A DNA stretch of 63,987 bases, the filler included, from Dirinaria sp. TL-2023a (Eukaryota), in assembly GCA_051941275.1 (NCBI GenBank). It is 5 parts of 5 records of this genome, joined end to end, with 100 filler letters (N's around TTAATTAATTAA, not from the genome) between each part and the next. Parts side by side here need not be neighbours in the genome. Positions count along the whole stretch, not along the records: positions 38,500 to 51,212 come from JAVEBF010000745.1; 4 more parts are not named here. The stretch is one strand, 5' to 3'. Positions 39,161-51,312 of the stretch are shown here, in pieces. The notes beneath the pieces were generated by a model. That model was not told the DNA's origin. It made no database searches and saw nothing but the letters and a program-made list of their open reading frames with translations. Made by a program: the position numbers and the translations under genes. Numbering within the stretch: position 1 is the first letter of the stretch; each line of letters begins with the position of its first letter.

Positions 39161-41391
39161 ATGCTGTCATCAAGGGTGGCCAGAGTGGTAAGCGTCCCAT
39201 TCAATATGGCTCACCTGCAAAGCTCATGCACAACAGCTTCCTCGCGCAACCCCTTCCCTCTTACGAGCACCTGCCTTTAGCAAAACCCCGGTCTCCTCCT
39301 TTCTAAGATATCAGTCCAATGGCGGCGAAGAAAAGGTTAAAGGTCAAGTGATTGGTATCGACTTGGGTAAGTCATGATTCGACGCGCAACTCTCGATCCC
39401 CATTTTAGGTACTAACCGCTATACCTAGGCACAACTAACTCAGCGGTGGCGGTGATGGAAGGCAAAACACCCAAAATAATAGAGAATTCCGAAGGTTAGA
39501 TCCAAGTATCTCCGGCGCCATCATGCCAATCCTAACTACCTCGTCAGGTGCACGAACAACCCCATCGGTAGTTGCATTCGCGCAGGACGGAGAACGATTA
39601 GTGGGTATTTCAGCAAAGCGCCAGGCTGTTGTCAACCCTGAAAATACTCTCTTTGCCACCAAGCGGCTTATTGGCCGCAAATACAGCGATCCTGAATGTC
39701 AGCGCGATATCAAAGAAGTTCCGTACAAAATTGTACAGCATACAAATGGTGATGCATGGGTTGAGGCGCGCGGTCAAAAGTATTCGCCGTCCCAGGTTGG
39801 AGGTTTCGTTCTGCAAAAAATGAAGGAGACAGCCGAATCATACTTAAATAAGGGAATCAAGAACGGTGTTGTCACAGTGCCGGCCTACTTCAATGATTCT
39901 CAGCGTCAAGCTACCAAGGATGCCGGCCAAATTGCCGGCCTGAATGTCCTCCGTGTTGTCAACGAGCCCACTGCTGCAGCGCTTGCGTACGGACTTGAAA
40001 AGGAGGCGGATCGCGTCATTGCTGTGTACGATCTCGGTGGTGGTACTTTTGATATTTCCATTCTCGAGATTCAAGGAGGGGTCTTCGAGGTCAAATCAAC
40101 AAACGGTGATACACATCTTGGTGGAGAGGATTTCGACATCAATCTTGTTCGCCACATAGTTCAGCAGTTCAAGAAGGACTCTGGTATGGATCTATCGAAC
40201 GACCGCATGGCTATCCAACGTATTCGAGAAGCTGCTGAGAAGGCGAAGATCGAGCTCTCATCGAGCTTGCAGACGGATATCAACCTTCCTTACATCACTG
40301 CTGACGCGTCGGGGCCCAAACACATCAACATGAAGATGTCCAGGTCTCAACTGGAGTCTCTTGTGGACCCGCTGATTGGTCGGACACTTGAACCCGTGCG
40401 GAAGGCTTTGAAAGATGCCAATCTTCAAGCAAAAGACATCCAGGAAGTGATTCTGGTCGGCGGTATGACTCGTATGCCCAAGGTTACAGATTCAGTAAAG
40501 AATATTTTCGGTCGTGATCCTGCGAAATCTGTCAATCCAGACGAAGCTGTGGCTATCGGTGCGGCTATTCAAGGCGCAGTTCTGACCGGTGGTGTTACTG
40601 ACGTACTCCTTCTCGACGTTACACCTCTATCCCTCGGCATTGAAACGCTCGGTGGTGTTTTCACTCGTCTCATTAACCGAAACACCACAATTCCAACAAA
40701 GAAATCACAGATTTTCTCTACGGCGGCTGACTTCCAGACCGCAGTGGAGATCAAAGTGTATCAGGGAGAGCGTGAGCTGGTACGCGATAATAAATTGCTT
40801 GGAAACTTCCAGCTCGTTGGCATCCCGCCTGCCCATCGTGGTGTTCCCCAGGTCGAGGTTACTTTCGATATCGACGCAGACTCAATAGTGCATGTACATG
40901 CAAAGGACAAAGCTACGAATAAAGATCAGTCAATTACCATTGCTTCTGGCTCAGGGCTTTCCGACTCGGAAATTCAGAATATGGTTGATGATGCCGAGAA
41001 GTACGGAGAGCAAGACAAGGAGCGGAAAGCTGCTATCGAATCCGCCAACCGCGCCGACAGCGTCGTAAATGACACTGAAAAGGCACTCAAAGACTTCGCT
41101 GAGAAGCTAGACAAGACAGAGGCAGATCAAATAAGAACAAAGATCGAGAACCTGCGGGAAATCATTGTGAAGAATCAGAGTGGAGAAGGCACCACTACTG
41201 CTGCAGAGCTGAAAGAAAAAACTGATGAGCTCCAGATGGCGAGCTTGAATCTTTTCGACAAGATGCACAAGGCCCGGTCTGAGGAGCAGCAGCCGCAAAC
41301 ACCACCATCAGGAGGTGACGCAGGAGCCTCAGAATCTTCAGGAGAGAATCCAAGCGAAGGACAACAGGGGCAAGGCGAGAAGAAGCCTTGA
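39161..41391 (+). CDS. SSC1: Mitochondrial Hsp70 chaperone
   Basis: Arg/Ser-rich presequence (MLSSRVARV). [18 protein letters not shown] is split across introns. Also [29 protein letters not shown] and DLGGGTFD; no C-terminal EEVD or HDEL. Confidence 0.96.
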
Positions 41392-41858
41392 ACCTCGATC
41401 CCGTTGTCATCTCCCATTCTCGTGGCGTACGCAGCATGCATACTTCAAAAGCCCTTTGCCGGTATTCCCTGTTTTGGCTGTGGGCGCTTCTCTACCTAAT
41501 GTATTTCATATCAGCGGGCAAAGGCACGAGTTCGTGCACGGGTAAAGCGCTTCTTGTAATTAAATAGGATCTGTGTACAACTCCTCTCAAAGAGTATTCG
41601 TTAGCTTTGATCAAAAACATCAAACAAAGTGGAAGATATACCTGTCGTCTTGTGCCTCCTTTTTGCTACTTATGAGCAGTCATTTTAGCCAAGATCTACA
41701 GTACGAGTACTCGTGCCTTATGATAGCTTAAACTTCTTGTAGCCCGGGCTGCGGAACACACCACCTCCACCTACGACGCCCATAGTATTTTGAAACTTGA
41801 ACAGACTTACTCTTGTACGAGAAACTGTTCCAACAACCGATATAATTGGTCGATAAAT

Positions 41859-43133
41859 ATGGACAAGTTTCAAGCATTCGGCAAGAACCTCACGTAACTC
41901 GTCATGGACTGCATACCACGCCAGCACCAGCTGACCTTGGGACTGTAGAGGCTCCATAGCTCCCTTCGCTGGTCGAACACAGCAGTATCTCAAGGAACAG
42001 TTCGGTCAGGCTGATGACAAGGTTCTCCACCTCTGCAGTGCGGCGCACGCCCCTTGGCTGACTGGTGACCACCACTAGACACAACTGCCTTCGGACTACA
42101 TCGAGCTGGAGAAACGTGTCGATGCACTGAAACAGGTCCATCAGAAGCTCCTTCAAGTCACGTATGCCCATTGGACCTTCTCAACCCTCCCTTCGCCTGT
42201 GTAGCTCCCTTGGCGCTGACCCAACCCTTTGCTTAGCTCCCAATACTCGAACGAAGCCTACGATTACCCTCCTAACATCCGCGAGTCATTCAACGATCTT
42301 GGTCGCACCATCACCGAGAAAGTCCACCTCCTTTCCAACGCTTCTTCGCCTGCGGATGTCCAAACTGCCTTCACGGCCCCTCCGTCTGCAAAACCACAAC
42401 CCAAAACCTTCAACCATGCCATCGCGCGCGCCTCCCTCGCAGGCAGCCAGCTCCTCAACCAGACTCACACTTCAGGTGGCGAAGACCCACTCGCTAGCGC
42501 GCTCGAGAAATACGCTCTGGCAGAGGAGAAGGTCGGAGAGGCAAGGCTGGCGCAAGATGCGCAAATCCAGTCTCGCTTTTTGGCAGGCTGGAGCACGACG
42601 CTGAACACCAATCTGATGTTCGCGACGAGGGCGCGGAAAGGCGTTGAAAATTCGCGATTGAGCCTGGATGCTACAAAGGCCAAGTCCAAGGGAGCTGCCG
42701 CGGGGAGGGGCATGAACCCGGATGAAGAGATGATGAGTGAGGAGGCCAGGCATGATATAGAGCAGAAGGAGGATGACTTTGTCGCGCAGACGGAGGAAGC
42801 TGTGGGAGTCATGAAGAATGTAAGTTCATACTACGAGGGTTTCGCGAATGCGAGCTGTTGCTGAATTCAAGAGTTAGGTGCTGGATACTCCAGAACCGCT
42901 TCGCAACTTGGCCGACTTGATCGCTGCGCAGCTTGAGTATCACAAGAAAGCGTATGAAATTTTAAGTGAGCTTGCGCCGGTCGTGGACGGTTTGCAAGTC
43001 GAGCAAGAGGTAAGTGCAATGAACCTCCAAACCCATAATTTAATCATATGAATTGCGTCTCGAGGCCTCCACTGACAAAACTGACAAACACTTCGTGTAG
43101 GCTAGCTACCGTAAGAACCGGGAAGGGGCTTGA
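41859..43133 (+). CDS. GVP36: BAR-domain Golgi vesicle protein Gvp36
   Basis: Six-exon model: MDKFQAFGKNL, TQQYLKEQFGQADDK, TQLPSDYIELEKRVDALKQVHQKLLQV, YDYPPNIRESF, EDDFVAQTEEAVGVMKN, VLDTPEPLRNLADLIAAQLEYHKKAYEILSEL; TGA at 43131-43133. Confidence 0.9.
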
Positions 43134-43634
43134 ATAGCTCAGTCGTTTCACTTCAACAGCCTTCAGTCCTACAGTGTGTCGAACACTGATCTGGCATGGC
43201 TGGGCTGAATGGCGTCTGAGCGTTTGTTAAAGTGTCTGTCCCAAGGGCTACACTTTAGCCGTCGTGGAATTTGTCTTTTCGGGCTTTATTATGCTTTTCT
43301 TCCACTGCTTCTAGCACAAGCCTAGTGATATCCAGCCACTTTCTCGACCTCACATTTCCAGGCCAACTTAACCTTTGGCTTTCTCGAATTTCTCACCAGT
43401 TCCTTCGCTGCTCATTCGCCCGGCTGAGACCATCACAACTCGTGCTGCGCCTAGCTACTTTCAAAGCAAGATCAATGAACCAACTCCATGCTACCCTCTC
43501 TTCATAGAAGCCTTTGATCTGGCTACGAACCTATTGCCACGCTATATCCTATGTTGACTGGCCTTTTTTGGGGCCCAAAAGGTTATTCAATGTCTACCTA
43601 CATTGTCTAAATGAAGCTCAAGTTTTCAGCCTCC

Positions 43635-44738
43635 TCACACTGCAGCACCTAATCCAACAACGCCGAGGGTCATAGCGGCAACGATCCATCTAGCCGCTGC
43701 TCCTGCAGCGACCAAGCCGACGGCACTCAGATACCCGCATCCCAGTAAAATCCTCAATGCTTCCAAGTTCTGCAAGGCAACCGCCCATTCTACGCCTCTA
43801 GCTACACTCCTGCCCACATTCCAGCCCTCACTATCATTCTTCGCGTCATCGTACTTCCAAACGACCATCAGAATAGGAAAAAGCTTCATGCATGAACTCA
43901 CAAACAACGCAGTCGTGATACCATTGGAGACCGCACGCGGACTGGTAGAGGTAGTAGTCTCAGGCGTGGATTGGCCGCTGCTGCCGACGCTATACGCACC
44001 ATCTTGATTGGAGGGTTGACGGCGATGCTGATGCTGCAAGATGCCCAATTCAAGCTGACGGGCTAGCCAGCGTATGGTGAGATGCTGAGCGGCAGTCTTG
44101 AGGGCGCATAGAAGGAGGTAAAAGGCGTACTGGAAGAGAATGGGGAGGTGTGGAACAGGGCTGCCCGATTCAAGGGATGCGGGCAGGGCCTCGATATATG
44201 TCCATGTCAGGTAGACGTCGAAAAGGAGGAGGAGCGTGCCCAGACGTAGGATAGACGGCTGGCAAAGGATGTCAAAAGTCAATGGACATTGGAAATCATG
44301 CAGGCGGAATAGCTCATACATCTAACTCGTCGTCATCTCGACCGAGGCGATTGAAGAGGAGATGCCGGTAAACCTTCGGTTGCCAAAAATCAGTTTGGGC
44401 CCAAAAGCAATTTAATCTCAATCAAATACAAAAGGACAGCGCCCTACTTGTGGCTTCACCAACACCAGATCGATAAAGAGCACGACGAAGTCATGTTCGA
44501 CGTACTTGTCGGCAAACCGCTTACAGCGCGGACACTGCGTCAATCGTACATCGCCCACGCCGGCAGAGGCAATCCCTGCGAAGCCATCGTTGCGCGTCTT
44601 AGGCGTGGCCGATGGAATAGAAGGCGTTGTTTTCTCAGAAGCCGCTGCGGAGGGAAGGGTTTTCTTCGATTGTTTACTACTATGCAGGACGTGGTAGAGT
44701 TGTGATACAGGAAAGCGGCATTCGATGCAGATGGGCAT
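43635..44738 (-). CDS. ARV1: Sterol homeostasis / GPI-related ER protein Arv1
   Basis: Arv1 homology domain MPICIEC...RLTQCPRCKRFADKYVEHDFVVLFIDLVLVKPQ, continuing VYRHLLFNRLG and PSILRLGTLLLLFDVYLTW. Introns ~44375-44447 and ~44259-44319. Confidence 0.93.
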
Positions 44739-47286
44739 GCTATGCCTTCAAACCTATTTCACAGCGGAAACAATCTAGTTGATGGAGGGAGAGGATCGTC
44801 ACGTCAAAATGTCGAATTCCTTATCGATAAGAGCTTCATCCAATGAACACTTCAAAGAGACTTACATAAGCCGAACTTGTTGGAGACTGACAGACGACTC
44901 TGAACATGAAAGATCGCACCCCCCAAGATTCGTTGGACTGACAATACAACGGTTTGATAGCAGCTCCGAGGCAAACTCTTCTCAATCATCTATCGAATGA
45001 ACAGCAAGCAAGGCGGTACTGAGGACTCAGCATCTGTCAGCATCTGCTCACGCTAGACTAGGTCACAGGCTCACAGCAAAGCACGATCTCATACAATGAA
45101 CAATATGCCAATCCGTAGATCTTGACTCGTGTGCCTAATGAGTTGAGTTTGCAGTGTACACGGTTGGACGACTGTCTTACAGCTCTCGTTTGTATGCTAT
45201 AAGGCTTCGCCAGTATGTCGTTTCTCGTGGCAGAGTGAGCATTTATTCGAAGTACTGGCAGCTTGTCCTTCAAATACATTATTCTCGTTTGGTGAGCCAT
45301 CTGCTATCGCGCTCTCTTGGAAATGTGATAGTCGGGGAGATCTATAGTACGTAGCTGCTCTTCATCAGAATCCCGAGAAACCTTACGAGCACAGATACGG
45401 TTTCTCCAACTGATAAATGTGCTATCTACGATGCTGATGATTCAGAATTCCGATCTCAATGAGCAGATGTCTCGAGTTTGGCTTGCGGTTTTTCAAAGGG
45501 ATTCTGTTATGAGACGATCAGAACTTTCAGATTTCATGATCGCCTTGAACATAGCAAATTATTACTCTAAAGGCGCCAACCTCAGCTAAAGGAATTTTAC
45601 AGCTTATCTAGGCCTAAGCAGCAGAGAAAATATACCAAGAAAGACCTTCCTTGTTCCAATCCTATCCACCGCTTCAGAGTTCTCTCAGAGGCTCTCCAAT
45701 CCTCTGATCCCCTTTAAGTGTGTTGAAAATGCAGATCTATGTAGGAATCATTGATTCTGCGTCACAGAAAAAGAATTGCAATCGAACATGGTTGGATTCA
45801 TGATATCCTATATTTCAACAAGTTTCGATGGCCCAATGACTGCGAATATGTAAACGAGCAAGATTTAAAAGTCCGTACCAGAATAGAGGCCCAAGGAGCG
45901 GGGAATACGGAAATGAAAATATACCTTCTCTTGTGAGTTCTTTTCCTTGTTCAAGCTTGGCTTCTACGTGTCCGGTCATGCCAAAAACCGAAACTAATTT
46001 GAAACTATCAGTTGTATCCTTCGGACATGTTGAAAGTGCTGGATGTTAGTGAGGTGTTGCTGCATGGTGTTGACGTTTCAGTCTTCTTCTCATCATTCCT
46101 AGTATTATTCAAGCCTCAATCTTCCTAGCGATTCCACCTTTGCTGTCATCAAAGCAGTGGATTTCCAACGAGATATTTCATGCCATGTATCGAAGATATA
46201 CGATATAACCTTTGCCAATAATTAGCACGAGAAGCTTGTAAAAGCTACTCAGTTCTTCCCTAGTTTATATAAATATCTTTAAAATTCTCTTCTACTTTAT
46301 TATACTTTTCTGCGAGATTTTGCTATCCGAGACAAGCACAGTATTGTCGATGGAAGATATTCAATCACCCAAAGCCACAAATTGATCTATATTTTTCAAA
46401 GCATGGCTCTGAGAAGGCGTAGTACAAGTTGTCAATTACCTCTACATTGCTGCAGATAGGCCTTTGGTCCCAGTTTACTCAAGATTTGGAATAACTTTGG
46501 AATGCAACAAAGCTCCTTTTAAGAGCTTCTGGAGATACAAAACTGTCTTGGTTAGTGAAATTTTGACTACATCAATACCTTATAATCCTTGATCCTATCT
46601 GCGATACTCCACTAATACTCCTCGACTCGTCCCAGAAAGCATAGCCTAGCCCATTGTCGCAGAGTCCGGTTCTCCCTCCTACATTCTTTATACGGGATCT
46701 CTGTTCAGATGACAGACTATGGTATGATGTCGTCGCCGAGCCTCTAGTGCGATGTTAGCCCACGATCCCATATTCATCCTTCCTTATTTCACTTTTAGCA
46801 TCCATATGCATCTTGAAAGTTTGAGCCCCAGTCCTCCTTGCTCTATACATTTTTAAGACTCTGCTTTGAAGCTCTTCTGCTCCTGGCTGTCATCAAATTA
46901 CGGTATGGTTCCTCAGCTAGTACATACCGCAAATTTAGATATGCTGACAACGTCCAGGAGAGTTTCGGTAGGAATTCATCCCTGCCATAGCAATTGCCAT
47001 ATCAGTTTCAGGAGGTCCACGAGCTTTCGTACTCCAAGCACAATTGCTTTAAGCACAACAGCAACAGAAATCCCAAGGTTAGCTTCTCCACACACAAGCA
47101 TCGTATCTGCCACAACTTCGGTGTCCTTGGAAGACTGTGCTTCCCTCGTTTGAGACGAACGTAAAGGAAATGTATCAAGAGAATTCGATGACCTCGCGCC
47201 GTTTCCGATATCATCTCCTCCGAACACTTATTCGCGCTGACAACAGCTTATAATCTAGCTTGCTCCCTCCCGATTCCAAGGGCTCC

Positions 47287-47585
47287 ATGGCAAATTTCAC
47301 CGATCTACCAGGAGAGCTTCGGAACATGATATACGCGAAATTGGTCACGATCACCGCCCATACCTACTTTGACGAAGACGATGAATGGTGGCCAAGTCGC
47401 TACGGATTACCCCGGACGACGACCGTATATGTGGCGCCTCGTCCCTTCATGTCTCGGTATAAGGGGTGCTTAGCGCGCTACCGGATGTCCGGCGCCGTTT
47501 TGCGCCTTAACCAAGCGATCAGGGCCTAGGCTCTCGCTTTCATGGAGGATACGAATCGAGAAGAGGTTTATGTCTTTTTGCCATG
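47287..47585 (+). pseudogene. F-box-like (F.DLP.E.R.MIY family) pseudogene
   Basis: MANFTDLPGELRNMIY...VLRLNQAIRA*ALAFMEDTN. The TAG at 47527-47529 sits where the neighbouring paralogue has Glu (LLRVSRRVREEAIESFYALN). Confidence 0.55.
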
Positions 47586-47960
47586 AACCGTGCGTGCGTT
47601 GCGACATAATCATGGGAAGCGATACATCAGTCGGGTGGAGAAAAGGAATAGGGTACTAGCGATGGGTACGGCATAAGCTTCGCGATCCAGAGGACTTAGT
47701 CAATGTTCCAGCAGTAGCAGTCAGAATGATTTGAATAGCTGTCTGCGGTGCAAGTCAAACGAGTTTCACGACGCGAGCAGAATAGCATGATTCTCTAGAT
47801 GCTTTGTCCGCATTGCTAAATTCAGCGGACATATCAATATTCTTTGCTACCGTGTTGATCTACTTTAGGAGCCATCCTCAACGCTCTGAAATCTCGAACC
47901 AGTGTGAGTCTGCGACCATAAGTTGTGGTTTGTTGCTCAGGGATCTTCACAGAGATCTTC

Positions 47961-48620
47961 TTAGACCTTCAAAGAGACCTTCATAAAGACCTTCTTGGAA
48001 CCCAGATCTTTCGAGACCTCGAAGACTGCTCGGTACTGAAAAGGTGCCAACAAACGTACATCTGAAGCTGTGAGCACGATAGTCATAAAAACTCCTTGCT
48101 CCTTCCGGTTTCCTAACGTTAGGCTTTTCAGCAGTTCCGGCTCAAGACGATCTGTTATCGCTCGTTGTACCATGTCGATTTTACTGCCGAGTTCCAGGCA
48201 GCCAACGATGTCTAAGTAAAGCCTTCTCAATTTAATCATTGGGGCCAGTACCCTGAGCCGCTCCTTCCAAAATTTAGCAATGTCATCTAGCCTCCAATCT
48301 TCGAAATCAAGATACTCTGCAAAGGCTTTGAAACTGAACCTAACCCTGACGGAGCGGAAGAGTGTAGCGTATTTGGTGAATACCGAAGGCGCTCCCAAGA
48401 GAGGAGAAAGTGATATCTTGAATGTATTGAGGGCGTAGAAGCTCTCGATGGCCTCCTCTCTCACTCTCCTGCTGACTCTTAGCAACGGTAATGGAAATTC
48501 ATGCTTAAGCCCGGGGCTTCCTGGGTATTCGCCTACGGCCACAAGGACGTGGTCGCTGGCTACCGCATAGGCATAGATCATATCCCTGATCTCACGGGAG
48601 AGATCCTCGAAATCAGGCAT
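47961..48620 (-). CDS. F-box-like domain hypothetical protein
   Basis: 219-aa ORF: MPDFEDLSREIRDMIYAYAV...LPLLRVSRRVREEAIESFYALNTF...LRRLYLDI, typical of the expanded fungal F-box-like families. Confidence 0.7.
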   Translation of the reverse strand: MPDFEDLSREIRDMIYAYAVASDHVLVAVGEYPGSPGLKHEFPLPLLRVSRRVREEAIESFYALNTFKISLSPLLGAPSVFTKYATLFRSVRVRFSFKAFAEYLDFEDWRLDDIAKFWKERLRVLAPMIKLRRLYLDIVGCLELGSKIDMVQRAITDRLEPELLKSLTLGNRKEQGVFMTIVLTASDVRLLAPFQYRAVFEVSKDLGSKKVFMKVSLKV

Positions 48621-50109
48621 GGTTGAGAGTCCCCAGGCTTTCTGCTGTTACTCAGAGAGATGGACTGCTTTGCAGTGGGTTAGTCGACATTTCACAACCC
48701 GAGATGAGGCATCATACGTACTGGTGAGATTGTTTGTGCAAGTTCTCACTTCAACAGGCCGCTTCCAGAACAGAGGTCTCACCGAAGACGCTTCGAGACA
48801 GAGGCACCGAGCACGATCTTTAGGTAACGATCGATGAAGCCACATGAGGTAAGGAATACTTGACTTAGGTAAGGGTGAATGAGATCGGAATGGACATATA
48901 CTTTATGTGGGGGAATTTGATGACGTTAGGTATTTTCATTCACTGAATGTGCAAGGAATATGTCAAGTGAATGCGAAAGATCATTCATTCACGAGAGAGC
49001 ATATTCAGAAGAAGAGAGTCTATTTGCACTCAGTCGAATTGAGGCTTACTCGTCTCAGGTGAGAACCTCACCCTCTTACTGAGTCTGACGCTTTCCGAGA
49101 ACACATAGGGGAGCTGTACCTACATGTGAGATGTGGCAAAGATCCTGCTGGAGAGTGAAGCTCAAGTACGTTACACTTTGGTTGAAGGGGATGTAGCAAC
49201 ACGCTATGTGCCTTTAGTCACAGCAATGTGGTCGTTACCTTGCGCACAGTATAATGTGATGATGAAGCAACACTTGTGGCTCTGTACTGGAAAATGAAAC
49301 ACTGCAACCAATGCACAAGATTCTAGACTAGCCTACAATGTAATCTTGAGGAATGATTATTAGTGGCTGTATACATGTATTTCGCAGCCCCTGTAGCACT
49401 AAGATCTAGAAGAGATACATACCTTGGTAGTTACATGGACCCTATCTCGTGGTGTATCCTGGTTGAAATATGCATAAAGCGAATAAAAGTATATATATTA
49501 TAATTGGAGCATGCAATCCTTAGAGGTTACCACGTAGACGGTGGTGGTGTAGCGGTAAAGTGTCCGCGAACAACTTTGGCTTTCCATCGTCCCACACCCA
49601 CCTTATATGGATGCACCATTTTTTTCTGGTTTCGAATCCTGATGTGGGCAAATTTCTTTTCTTTTTCTTTTCTCCTTTTTCTTTTTTTCTTCCCGATTAC
49701 ATCTGTGCTAATGACTTAACTTACCTTACTCATTAAGTTGAGACCCTTATAATATTCTTGCTCACCACTGCTTGTACTGAACATTATAGTACCTCCACCG
49801 TATTTTGTCGATAAGAGCTGCAACCTTTTCTTGAGATTGCTGTACATGGACTCTTTCATTTTATCCTATCATGATTGCCTTTCAATCTACCTGACAACCT
49901 CAACCTATACCTGAGCTCAAAGTGAGTACATCAACCCTCATCAAAAGCTATTAATAAGAGATAACTTTGCACGCCATTTAAGTGAGAACTGTATAGCGCC
50001 AGCCTCGCTACAGATTGCCCTTTGGAACGATGAAATTTCCCAATCTTTTCGAACAGTAAGACAACATCAAGACCCAGGGGTCCCGTCCGAGCAAACATAA
50101 GAGGAGCAG

Positions 50110-50504
50110 ACATACATATCTTTCCAGAACTCCTCATACAAGACATAATTTCCCCAACGAATAGTGTCCACATCCCGATTTGGCACACTCGCGCCGGCAT
50201 CCAAACCCATTGCCCTCCCCAGTAATGGAAAACCATGTTCCCAACGCCGCGGATGGGTTGAGGCGCCGTTAAAGTGACATTGGAAGGGTACTAGATGGAA
50301 GGGGCTATGGATATCATAGGCTCAGGCCTTTGCAATTGAACCTAGCCAGCTACAGTCTTACTTGCTACTCGGGGCGTAGTATACGTCTTCGGACGTAATG
50401 GAGGCATCAGCGCTAGTGGTGCCGAAATTGCCTGCTAGGATACGAAAATTTGCGAGAGCAGGCAATACAAAAGAGATGGCCAAGAGCGCAGAGGGCACAT
50501 GCAT
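50110..50504 (-). pseudogene. Decayed small secreted protein gene
   Basis: Good start context (aaagccATG) and signal peptide MHVPSALLAISFVLPALA-NFRILAG. Then YYAPSSK*DCSWLG with an in-frame stop, followed by frameshifted G/W-rich pieces. Confidence 0.35.
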
Positions 50505-51212
50505 GGCTTTGGCCCAGGAACTCCGGTATTAGGAGATTGCCAGAAGCTTACGGCGAATAGAGCAAGGGAGAGATATTTATTCAGTCGCCGCTACCGTTAG
50601 CCTGCCAATTCACCTCCCCACTAATACAATATGCGGCTGAGCAATTGACTCCAGCATGCACCAAGTCATTAGGAGGAGAGATACAGGAGGCCTACTTACT
50701 GCACCGAGTACCACTTAGGGAAAGATGGAATTGATAACTCCGGCATCGAGATGGTATAAAACCAGCCTTTCCAAAGACAGTCCAGCAATAACATTAGCAG
50801 AATATGCCGACAAGATTTACATTGTAAGCACCTATGCGTACGAGTACATGCGGTTTGGCCCCCAGACGGTATTGGTACGAATATTCGCGAACAGGTAGTT
50901 GAAAGGCACAGAATGACAGCAAATTCAAGGTCAGTATGGTGTTCGGTTTTGTCCTTGGTGAGAGGCGAAGTGCAGAAAGGGAGGACGAGCCCTTACCTAC
51001 GCTCCCCACATAGCCCTAATGCAAGCCTAACGAAAGATAAGATACGGTCTACCAATAGTAATCTACCTTATATAATGTAAGGGAGCTAAGGTAGGAGAGA
51101 GCGATGACGTCTCTTTCCTTACACTCTTTAGATCTTTGCAGCCGTTCACAATAAGGTATTTTACCGCCCGTAGCACGGTCAGTCTTGAAAGAAAAAAAAA
51201 AAGAAAAGAAGA

Positions 51213-51312
51213 NNNNNNNNNNNNNNNNNNNNNNNNNNNNNNNNNNNNNNNNNNNNTTAATTAATTAANNNNNNNNNNNNNNNNNNNNNNNNNNNNNNNN
51301 NNNNNNNNNNNN
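51213..51312. other. Artificial contig-joining spacer
   Basis: N run with TTAATTAATTAA. Confidence 0.98.
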
